A DNA stretch of 53,525 nucleotides from NCBI GenBank assembly GCA_051942245.1, contig JAVECL010000101.1, positions 1 through 53,525 on the forward strand, read 5' to 3'. Both the position numbers and the translations under genes were made by a program. The notes under the pieces are model-generated. The model had not been told where the DNA came from, did no database searches, and saw only the letters and a list, made by a program, of their open reading frames with translations. The first letter of the stretch is position 1. The number at the start of each line of letters is the position of its first letter. Positions 25,106-36,600 of this stretch are shown here, in pieces. Source of the DNA: Trypethelium eluteriae. Taxonomy: Eukaryota.

Positions 25106-27997
25106 CAAAGGGTCCGATCGTCAGGGGCGTGTTATTGAGGTGTAAATTGTTGATCCGTTGCCCTGTCCATGGGTTCCCAGCCTACATTTGCAGGTCGACG
25201 GTTCGAGTGCCAGTAGCTGATTTGGTTGATAACGTCGCCGTACGTCGAATGAGGAATAGCTGCGTGAACCCTCTCATCCATGCTTGATATAGTGGGTGCC
25301 ACTTCGATAACAGAAGGAAGCGGCATGGCTCGTTCCTGGATAAGTGGGATGTATATGATAGGTCAGCAAAGGAGCTCTCCTCACATGAGTCGCATCACGT
25401 AGTCTCCGCTGAGCCGTTACCGCAATCATGAGGAGTGGACCGAGGCCAGTAAGCGCGCGGCTTTGCAGTTCTCAGGGTAAATGGAGGACTTCTCCTGTGC
25501 ATATGGCTAGAAGCAGCGTCAGATGCGGTTCTCAAGGGTGGATGTATCCAAGACGGTTAGAGCGTGGCAGTCAGGCAGTAGACCTAGGTCGCAAGCAGAT
25601 AAGAGGATAAGGCTGGATCACTGAATAGACAATATGTAGGGTTGCCCTTTGCAAGTAGCCTTCTGTATGCATGTGGATAAGGGCGCGTGATAACGCGATG
25701 TTGAAGAATGAAAGGGTATTGGCCCTCTTGGATCATGGAGATTGCGTGGGCAGAGAGAGATAGGAGCACCGAGAGATTTGAGTGGATAGAGAAAGAAAGG
25801 CAAAATGCTATAGGTTATTCTGAAATGGGCAAGTATACAGAACCTTCTGTTAGCTGGCGTTCGGGCCAACTTCCATAGCTACCCTGCAACGACTGCATGA
25901 TCACCTGAAGTCGGACCAACCTTGTACTTACTGTACTCTCGGCGCGCCTACTTCTGTCTACGAGCGAATGGGAAACGAGAGTCGGTCTACCATCGCAAGC
26001 GCAGATGAGTCGTCGGATCAATCTACAAGCTCAAGACCGGCCGGCAAAGATGATCATTGTTGGAGAACCGAGGTGGATGCCGGGGTCAGAAGTGCAATTC
26101 AAGGCACATGGTTAATATGTTAGCCTAGGGGGCAACAGTCTCTGAGGGGCTATCAAATGGAATCAGCATTGGACGAGGTCAAGGAAGGCCTCCAGCTGGC
26201 ACATATCGAAGTACGCTATTCCATACGCCATTCCGACAGACTGCGCATATGTCGCCGATTGTGATAGCGGGATTTGGCCGCCTGCTCTGCAGTACTGGTT
26301 ATCGTCTTGATGTTTTGTCAGTGGAGATAGTAGAGTTCATTTTAGATGGAACGCGTGCGACGACAGTGCGGAGCGGGCCGGCACGTTTGATGGAACGCAG
26401 GACTGCAACGCCGATCCAAGGGACTGGAAGCCTGCAGTGCGACGCCGAACGGAGCAGATAAGGCCACGATGTTGAGATAGGAAGGTCGAGTAGGGATTAG
26501 TGTGTATTCGAAGAGGCCACATCAAGAGACTCTTCATCCTTGTCCCTCGCTAAACGACTGAAGGTACGTACAGAATAGAGGAGGATCACGCTTATGGTCG
26601 CCGAGGGTGGAGGGATGGAGGATTCCGTGGACTAAGGTAAGTCATCCTGTGGTGCTATGGAGTGGTGTATGCAACGACGCGCCGCGCCCCAGACCCCAGA
26701 TGACAAGCTCTACCTTACGTAATCACCTTAATATCCATGGTTGCCGTGGCGATCGTGGCCATCAACCTTAGGGGCAATCTCGGAAACTCCGCATACCGCC
26801 CGCGGCAGAATTCTCCACCTAGCACTCGTGGGAATTGCAGCAGAGCTAGAGTTATGGGCCAAGCTGCTGCATTGCATGAAGGCTTGAGCAGCTATGGTGC
26901 TATGGGCATCGGGCTCTAGTAATGGCGAGAATCTGACATGTGCGGTCAATTCAGAATTCGCTCTCTCCCCTCTACAACTACCATGTTGGCGCTGCGAACA
27001 GGTATCCTTCGGCAAAATACTCCGTAATGGAGGGGATTTCCAATATCTAGCTGAGACTCTTCCAGAAGAATAGCGTATGAGGTACCTAGCCAACGTACGC
27101 ATCGCCGCAGCTGCTTACAAAACATACCCTTCAAGAGATTGTTTGTATGAAAGCTAATTGACGTAGACACTCTAGGCCCAATCCGAAACTCCAAAGTCCC
27201 CTACCTATCATGCTTGGCTACTGTCCTTTCCGCCAAGTCGGTCCTCTGCTCGAACATCCACCGCAGATACGCCTTTTGCGGATGATAAAAAGGAGGCCTC
27301 AGTACTCCGTACCGCTCGAAGCTTAAAAGTGAGAAAAGGTTGACAGAGCCGAAAGTTGTCAACGATTTCGGTATGCCTGGAGAGAGTAAATTGCGTATTT
27401 GCTCGTGGTCGCATGGGAGTTTGGATGATCTGACACCCTCATTGGACTGCTGAGATTTAGCCTCTATTGCTTCCAACGGTGGATATCTATCAAAGATGCA
27501 ACCGGCGCTCAAGAATGGTGTTCAATTGAGGTCCTAGTTGCAAAGGTTTCTAAGCGTAAAGAACAAAAGAAAAGAAGGTTTTCAAGCCCTAAATTCCGCT
27601 TAGATATATTCTTCTTTATGTCACGTAATATTGGTGAGGCCCGTGGCTCGCGCGAGGCCAGCGCTGCTCGTGAAGCCTCGTCGTGAAGTCTTGACGTGAA
27701 GCCATATTGTCAGAGCAGTGGATATGATCTCATTGATGAATAAATATCTAGCTATGGAGATTTCGAGAGTGCGTGGTAGCACGGCTATCTACAGTCAGGT
27801 GCTACTCGCACGGAGAAATCTACCATCTGTTCTCATCTGATATCCTTTTTATCTGGACTTCCTTTTATCTTAAGTCTAGTCCATGACACATGCTTGTGAA
27901 GCCTGATGTTGACGTAACCACAGCTAGAATCATCAGGGTGCGTATGCATTAGTGGATTATTATGAATGCATGAATTATGTAAAGAATACACAAAAAA

Positions 27998-28107
27998 ATC
28001 ACAACATCAACCCCAAATATACTTAGTATATATATAATAGATCGATTAAAAATATTAAGAATTCGAATTTGATATATCTTATGAATATTTGAGGTTGGTG
28101 TTGTGAT
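27998..28107. repeat. Inverted repeat with 23-bp arms (21/23 match) around an AT-rich spacer
   Basis: atcacaacatcaaccccaaatat (27998-28020) versus atatttgaggttggtgttgtgat (28085-28107). Confidence 0.8.
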
Positions 28108-28359
28108 ATTTATTATCAAAAATTTTCAGGGGTAATCATAAAGTTATGCATATGAAGTCTGAGAATCATCCCAGCGAGCCTTCATCGATTTCGAAATATC
28201 GGGGGTTGGGGACTAAAGCGCTATCCTAGTGATTTTTAAAAATTTTGTGAAAGTCTACTAGCTAGGACTCGTTATGAGGCGACTGCATCGTGAGGGCTTT
28301 TCAAATGAGATTCTGGTAGTATATAACTTTTCAAATTCAAAGCCGTAAGATGCTGTGTA

Positions 28360-28511
28360 GACGCTTTGGCGGAGTGGTACGGAATCCAATTCTGCCTAGG
28401 TCAGATATCCGCTGACTAATTAATTAGGTTAACGCGATGCCCTGCTATGCCGTGCTATCGGCTAGAAAGGCATTTCCTTCGGGAGCGCAGGTTCGAATCC
28501 TGCAGGCGTCG
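28360..28511 (+). tRNA. tRNA-Ser(GCT) with two intervening sequences: D-loop insert 28377-28427 and canonical 37/38 intron 28448-28467
   Basis: Acceptor stem GACGCTT/AGGCGTC, discriminator G and D-stem GCG/CGC. Anticodon stem ATGCC/GGCAT with loop CT-GCT-A|A. Long variable arm TTCC-TTCG-GGAG and T-arm GCAGG-TTCGAAT-CCTGC. Confidence 0.95.
28377..28427 (+). other. Putative spliceosomal (U2-type) intron inside the tRNA D-loop
   Basis: 51 nt long; starts GTACGG, has branch-point motifs GCTGAC (28411-28416) and ACTAAT (28415-28420), and ends TAG. Removal restores the D-loop AGTGGTTA. Confidence 0.8.
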
Positions 28512-28522
28512 TTCCCCTTAGG

Positions 28523-28537
28523 TTTTTATTTTTTTTT
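28523..28537 (+). terminator. RNA polymerase III oligo-T terminator
   Basis: T5-A-T9 run starting 12 nt after the tRNA 3' end. Confidence 0.85.
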
Positions 28538-31409
28538 CCTACCTAGTCTATGGTGCACCGCTCCGTAAAAGCAGCGAAACCTTCTTCCCAAAGAAAGAGC
28601 CGAATCACCAAGACTCAGACTTGTGGGCGGCGCTTGCTGCCGCTTTTGACGTTTATAAAGCCCATCTCCATCCTCTCATCCTCGTCTATGTCGGCTTCTC
28701 TTTCTTCCCAAACCTTCTCCTATCCTTTCCCTCCCTTTCATCTCGCTCTACTCGGACCTCCAGGCCCTCGGGTCTCGTCTAGTCCGATCAGCCTGCGCCG
28801 CATCAAGCGCCGACACGGCGTTGCCTCTCGTTTCACATACAGCTGATTCAGCTCCGTTCCTTCTCGCTCTACCCGCATCGCTTGCGGTCCTCGGTTCACT
28901 GTTGCCTGTGTGCCTGTGCACGCTACCTGCCTCGCTCCTTGGGCGGTATGACGCAGCACCGTCCAAGGGCTGACACGAGTCGCATGTCCAACAGCCATCC
29001 TCATTCGGCCGGTTGCGCACCTGTCGGGTAAGAACGTTCGTTTCCCTCTCCTTCCTTTTCGCACTCGACCTCTCAAATGTACCCCTGAGCAAACCCGCTG
29101 ACCAGGCCGCTCGGGACTCCTCTCGCATCCTGCCTGAGCCGCGAACGCCTTTCTATTGAAGTCGGCGTCTGACTAAGAAATACGAAGATATCTTTTTGAC
29201 TCTTGCCTGACCTATTAGTATCGCTGGAGCTCTGCTGTAGGCGCTCCGTCTGCAGGATCGACAGGATTCTGAGCGGTGCGTATGTACTCGAGCGCCGATG
29301 GTATTACTTGTATCGATACACCACCATCTCTTCCAGTCGCTGGGATTCGGTAATGCTACATTTTAACCTAAGAGCAGTACCCATCATTTGCACCAATAGA
29401 TTAATTTGACCTCAAGTTGGCCAGGCGGCTGGACTAAGGATTATTATGTGTACTGTTTGAAATATAGCGTCAGTTCGAGGTGAGCTCCATTGTGCACCAA
29501 TTTGTCAATAGATCCCCGTAAAAGAAGGAGTTTTAGTCGAACCGACCATATTCCCGTTCAATTTGCCCTATTCTTCCCTTCGAAAAGGAGTTACCAAGAA
29601 ATAGAATCGAGATATTTGGCTAATAGTTCATCAACTTTGATTCTTGAACAGGTAGGAAAAGGGTTATACGAAATCGAGATTCCCATTTCCGGAATCACAA
29701 CGGGAATCATTGTAGAGGGTAGCATGGTTTGCATTAATTCTAAATTAAAGATCAATACACGGTCTGAATCGCGATCTAGAAGTGAAGTTGGTATATGCAT
29801 AATGCTTTCCCGAGAACTCTCATTCCGGACAACATTCTTACTGATCGATCATACAAAATTTTTCCCGTGAACTAGCGCCACAGTTCCGTCCTTCTCAAGT
29901 GATATCAGCTGTGGCCGATTATATCGTGTGACTTGCGAGCGAGCGCCGGCAACAGTCGAAAACAAGCTCCTAGCGATTCGCTACCATGATATTGTAAGAG
30001 TTGGACGAGAGGTTGCACAGGGCTGGATGTTTCGGTTGCCTGCTTGACTCATCGACCAATTGGAATCGCCGCAGATCCTGCATGAACACATAGATATAGG
30101 GTCCATCGTACGATATTCCACGACGACATGCACATCTCTTAAAGATGGAACGATAATTCAATAGCTTCAAAGCTCGTTTGTATGTTACTCTGATATGCGG
30201 ACATGGGGTACTGTACGCCATCAACAACACTGCGCTTATGCAGCTGCTTAGGTACGTTCGAAAGCACGCTGTTGCCTTACCAAAATATGAATTAGCTCCG
30301 AGTCACTTCATTTCTTAGCCCCCAAAGAAACCCGAGAGAGCAAAGATCCACATTCCAGAATCGCGCAGTACGGTTTTCGGCCCGGGCAGATTGAAAAGCT
30401 ACGGCTGAAACCATTTATAGGCCATCCAAAAATTTCGCATCCGATAAATGAGACACGCTAGGGCATCACATTGCTAACATTGAATCTTCTAGAGCCGCCT
30501 GCGTCTGATGAGTACCGAAATAAATTCTGATGCGAAGGCTTAAAAGGCCAAATTTGATACGAATGATCCAGTCAGAAAGTGTCAAAAGAACTCAGCCCTA
30601 TTAAGGAGTTTGAGCGGGCGAGAGCTTCCCATCTCCCAAACGTTTCCCCAGCCTCCAAGATTATGATATGTTCCGAAAATGACGTGGATGAAGAGCGCTG
30701 CGGTGTCAAAGCTTGAAGATGGTCAAATTAGATGGCTGTAGAAAATTGTCGAGACGCAAACGCCTATCCTGCTAACGCCAAAAATCGCTACAAGTATGCT
30801 TACTCTTTGGTGTACCGTTACACTCGCTCGCCCTTTCCAATAAAATCATCGAATGCATCGAGGGAGAGTGGGGTCCGAGAAATTCCTGTCATCTGGACAG
30901 AGCCCAGCAATTGCCCCTTTAGAGTTGGGGGTTTGAGTAGTTCGGTGTTCAGATTCAGAACCCGGTCAAATTCCCTGTTACTCTATGCATCTCCCGCTCA
31001 CGCGCCAAACTCAGGCTGCATTGCAAATGGACGTCTTGCGTCACCAAAAACTCTTAAGTATCAAGAATATGATACCTTGGCCCAACGTGCAACGCACAAG
31101 TATTACACGCAGTAACCCTCGATGCAGCACGCTCACACCTCCTTCCTAGTAGCTACATTCCGGCTTCTGTGCCTTTTGCTTCTTTCGGAATGACCGAATC
31201 AAATTTCATACAAGCCGGGTCGTCCAGCCGCCGATCAGTCTTTCTTGCCGACTATGGACATAGTCAACCAAGAGTCACTGTGTAAGCTTCCGCTCTAAAT
31301 CAGCGGTACCTCTCTGTCTATATTTCATCCGACATGTCCAGCGCTCGCAGCAACCAACCGTGATCCCATACAACCAGACTGTCTCTCTTGTTCGAGCAGA
31401 AGACTCATC

Positions 31410-32837
31410 ATGACCTCCACAACAGCTCTCAAGCCCGATCAATTGCAGGCTTTGCTTAATGGCCCAGCTCTTGCTCCCCCTCCAGGTGTTAAACCTAACT
31501 TTCAAGATCCACCGAATTCTTATGCAGTTGGCATCTTCAACGTAACACTGATGTCCTCATTGGCTACACTGTCATTCTTCATAAGAATCTACACGAGGTA
31601 TTTTATAACTCATCAAGTGAACGTTGAAGACGGTACGTATGTTCATACTACTTTTACACAAGCACTAATTGACAATAGTCGCGATTTCCATCGCTTGGGT
31701 ATAGGATATCCGTAGACATCCGCCTGAGTTCTCTCATTAACAAGACCAAGGGACTCTTCTGCAGCTGGACGGTCACAGTTACTCAGGCACATCAAGTTGT
31801 TCCAGGAATTCACCAGTGCGACCTTCAATTCAAGCATCTGCAAACTTTTCTCATGTGCGTCACGGCTTCTCACGAGTCACGACTGTACCTTGTTGCACGC
31901 TCCGGCTAACTACTCCGTCTAGTCAGTATATATTAACTCGATTATCTATGGATTCTGTATGCTTTTTATTAAGCTTTCAATCCTTTCCCAATATCTCCGG
32001 ATATTTGTGCCCGGCAAGAAAAGCGATACGATGTATTGGACTTGCCATTGTCTTATATGGCTCAACATTTTTTATTATGTTGTCAACATCTTTCTCAAGG
32101 CCTTTTCTTGTGATCCGATTGCTAAATATTGGAACCCTCTCATCATGGGAGGCCACTATAACCAGATCGCGGTTATTAACATTGTCAGCGGCAGTATAAA
32201 TGCTCTATCGGACCTTTCAATCCTCACTCTACCGCAAATCAGGATATGGAGATTGCAGATGTCAAGAAAAAGAAAGATACAAATTTCTCTTGTCTTTCTG
32301 ATTGGAATTCTGTATGTTTATAAATTATCCTTCTTAATTAATTGACTGATTGCAACCAGTGCATGTATCTCATCTATAGCACGGCTTGTCTACGGGTGTA
32401 GGCTCCTCGCATCAACCGACCGTACCTATTATAAGTTGTTTATGGGCGCCTGGTCGTTGATTGAATTGGCCTCTGGTATCATCGTCGCCTCCGTGCTGGT
32501 CTCTCCAAAGTTCTTCCAAGCCTTAAATAAAACAAAGGCGGTCTCGCATATTACCTCAATTATCAGTTCACTGCTAAGCGTTCATTCAAGAACCGTTCCA
32601 AGCAGTAGATCCGCTGGTCATAACGAGGGTGACCCCGCCGCGTTATTCCAATCTGGGCAGCGTGGCCGACTTTGGCTTTCATCTAACTCTACAAATTTAC
32701 CGGATGTGAGTCACGGCGTTCACAACACGACGATTCGTGCGGATAGAGGCCGCGGGAATGCAAGCTTTGAGATACAGAATAATTCACAAAATGGTATTGT
32801 TGTCATAAACAATATTGATGTGAGAAATGCAGTGTAG
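31410..32837 (+). pseudogene. Rhodopsin-domain (PTH11/SAT4-like) integral membrane protein, apparently frameshifted near 31927-31933
   Basis: PALAPPPGVKPNFQDPP, IRIYTR, FIKLSILSQYLRIF, INALSDLSILTLP..IWRLQM and ACISSIARL. The exon 3/4 junction is 2 nt out of phase. Confidence 0.7.
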
Positions 32838-33690
32838 AGATCTCTTATAGATTCTGCGGAAAACTTTGGACGGGATGTTGGACTGGATGAACATCATTGC
32901 TGAAGATAACCTTGTCTTGCTAACGGTTCAATGAGGTTTGAGAGAATGAAAAAAAAGCCCGAGAAAGCTGTAAAAATTGTCGATTAAAGCTACAGACTTG
33001 GGTCTTTACATGTAAAGGAATTTCCCGGTCAGATTGACGTCTGACACCTTTGATTACATGAAAAGCGACGTATCAGGCTTCTAGGCGTCTTTGAGAGTCT
33101 CTCAGACTTTGTATAATATGGAGAGATCTGATGTTTGTATTTAGCACAACCTAATGATGTGGCAAAGAAGAAGTCAATACATTTAGCTAGTTCTGCAGGA
33201 ACTGCCTCCATATATAAACCTCATGGCTGTGGGGGAGAAAGTAAGTAGGATCTACAGTAGGATTGGGCGTTGGGCGTAGGGCGAGATGCTTCACATACTA
33301 ATAATGCATCGCAATTATGGATCGCGGACGCTTTTGTGAATGTGTGCCTGTTGCAATTGAAGTAGAAGACTGAAACCCCTGAGATTAGTTCGAGAAGGTG
33401 CTAAACCAGACTTGCTGAGATATAGCAAACGAAACTATGTAGACTATGCGGTGATAAAAACAAAGTAATAACTACTAAGACTCTCCTATCTACTGCCTCC
33501 TGTCAGTACCTCATGAGCAAGGCCCCAACAAGAAAGACAGAATAGCTGGGATGGAAAAGTAGGACAGGCGAGTTGTGCAGCACTTTCGAAGTATTTGTAA
33601 ATAATATATTGTACTTTAAACTCATGACTTCAAAAGATATTCCCACGACTACCGACGTAGAGGACGCCAGGAGCGCACATACTTTACAAA

Positions 33691-36600
33691 TTACAGCAAC
33701 TCAACAAGAACCCGTCGCATAGAATCATCTTGTTTCCGAAATGTGTGCCTTTGTAGAGGATCAAGTGTAATCTGGACTTCGTCACTGCATCGACTAAGCA
33801 GCAGAATCATCAACTCCCAGTTCCACAGTCCCCAATTTCTAGCTGCAGTCTCCAGAACATTCTCAGTGATCTGCAAAGCAGCATTGCGTTAACTTAGGAG
33901 CAACTCTGTTGCCTTCATGCCCCAATGTGGATTTCCAGCCGCTGTCTCTAAAATCTGCTCAGTTATATGAACTTCATTTCTGCGTAGTTTCAGCAGCAGC
34001 TCCGTTACGTGGAAGCCACATGGCCCAACATTTCCAACCGCGGCTTTTAGGATCCGCTCAGTTATTTGGACCTCGTTAATGTATTGACGAAATAGTGGTT
34101 CCAGTATCTCCAAGCCACATTCCTGATTTCCAGCTGCAGCCACAAGAACGTCTTCAGTAATTCGAATTTCATCACTACCTCGAGCCACGAGTAAGTCCAT
34201 TAGCCCTGCGCCGCGGTGAAAACTCCGAGCTGCTGCTTCTAGAACGCGCTCAAGGTCGATATTTTGCACTCCATGAGTTCGTCGATCAAGGATGGCTTCC
34301 ATTATTGCAACAGCGCTGGTGTCGCGATTTGCTGCGGCCAGGAGGACCTGCTCGTTGATGACCATGCCACGATTCTGATGGCTCGACAAGAATATCAATG
34401 AATTTATGCTTGCGTGCTCGATAGCAACTTCCAGAAGACTCTGGCCGAAGATGTTCTTCACAGATGCCAAATTTTTCGATGTACTTCCAATGCCTTGTAA
34501 GATTTCGACAAAGTCGAAGACGCATGAGATAAGGCAAGATACATCAAATGCTGAAAATGATATTACCTTTGTAACGTCAAGCTCATACACCAAGTTATGA
34601 TCAGTGTTTTGGTGAGCCGCCGTATGTTCTATCAACCCAGTCCTCCATATTCCGAGTGGACAGGTGATGCCACCCTCATCAGACAGAAAGTACCGGAGAA
34701 GGGTTCCGAGCGAGCCATCACGCCTCTCGTCCTCAGCAAGTAGGCAGTGCTCTGGCCAGAACAGACTGATGTATTCACTAAGTATCTCTGTCTCGTTTAG
34801 ACCTCGGGATTGGCAGAAACCATTTTTGGAGAGAAATCTTTGGGTCGCTGCATCAGGACTTCTGGCGACCAGGTCCCATAGACAAGTCTTTGCCATTCGA
34901 GCATGACCCGCCACGCTGCCATAGTCTTGCCGCTTCTCCAGATACTCTCTGACCGACAGATGGGCCAGGCGAAATGTATCCAATTGAGCATCAAAAATCA
35001 CAAAGTTTTGGCATATTTTGAGTACCTGATCCCTGAAAACCAAGGAAAGGGGCTCACTACTACACGGGTCTATTGAGACAGCGGTAAGAAACTCAGCACT
35101 ATTCATATAGGCTCGAGCACATAATAACTAGGTAAGCACGATCGTGAAAACAGTCATCTGATGTTCCCCACCTTCGGCCGAAATTATGGTGTAGATTTCA
35201 TCGTAGAGCGCACCAAGTTCAGGCGGGAGACGACCAAGATGATTCCGAATGTCTGTATCTATGTCGATCGAGCAGAGGTGCTGCAGTTGCAGACTTGCCC
35301 AGCGAAACCTGGTAATAAGGTCAATGTCTTGCTGGTTCAAAGTCTATAACACTCGGGATGACCAACATGCCACTTGCCCCTTTGATGACTTTCTCCGTGA
35401 TAGTTTGCTTCATATCCAACTGAGCCCCACTATGCTGGAGCAAATCGCCATCTTCGACGAGTTGTTCTGTCTGATGTCGTACAAAAGCTGCGATGTCATC
35501 ACTGTTCCTGTTTGAACTAATATCCAAATTGGGATAACCCCTTAAGCGAAAGACAATATCATAATCATCGCAAGTTGAAACAAATATTTTGACTAAGCCA
35601 AATGATTCTTTAAGAATTTTCTCAAGTGCCTCAAGAAGGTCACGTCTTTTCCCAGGATCGCACTCATCCAGGGCGTCAATCACGAGGGTTGTCAGCGAAT
35701 ACTGTTCAGTAAGTTTGATAATCAAATCACAGCTCTCATCTATCCGTAAGGAGCTAGATGCGAAGCCAGTGGCTTCTCTTCTCTTGTAGAGGTCGACGCT
35801 GGGTTTGAGCAGCGGCTCACCAGGTCTTACACTAGACAGCTATCTTGCGAGACTAGCTAATATAGCCTGTGGATCCGAGCGTTCAGGCTCAGCCGCATTC
35901 CTAGAGGAGTAGAAAAAGGCTGGCTGTGGGTTCTCGCCGGCTTCAAAGCTGCTTAAAGCATCCTCGATGACAATCGAACTAAAAAATTTAGCCCGGCTTA
36001 CAATCTTGTGAGACTACTGCCGCTTTTGACTTACACCAGCTTGCTCTTCCCAGATCCAGGAATGCCATGAAGCCACACAATTGATGAGGCGCTTTCTTTT
36101 TTCCATTTTCTAAAAATTGGATCCAACAGGAGCCATTGTCCGGTTCCGGATAACACGCCCGACTTTGCTTGCTCATGGTGCTCGGAATATGGTTGCGGGG
36201 ATAGCCACTTCAGAATTTCGACACGTTTGGAGGCTGAGACTCATGAGTAAGTGTCCTGTTGAGCTTGCAAGAAACTCACTTTGAAGCTCGTCTTGAACGT
36301 CATTCAGATCGTTATTCATCCTCCGTAATGGAGCGTCAATGTCCGCTAGCAGACGCTCTAGCTCTTCATGATTGCTAATTTGATCTTATCGAGTTTATCT
36401 TAGCATGGAGGATCCGAAGAACAGTCGAATTGCTGACCATTTCTAGCGACAAGCGCGGAACATTCTGTCACGCTAATTTGGGCTATCCGAATGGTCCTCA
36501 AGTACGTGGGAAATTCTGATTCAGGGAGGACTGCGCTTTCGAGGAGACGTCCTTGCACTCGCGTCAGCGGCTAATAATAATAAATGAATTAAAAAACACA

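Noticed and set aside
28377..28427. D-loop insert as a TE footprint or BHB-type tRNA intron
   Set aside because: No terminal inverted repeats, only a trivial GGT junction redundancy and no evident bulge-helix-bulge, whereas donor, branch point and acceptor all fit U2 introns. Not formally excluded without RNA data.
29400..30300. AT-richer stretch with small ORFs, possible degraded element
   Set aside because: No transposase, RT or integrase motifs visible in the frames examined.
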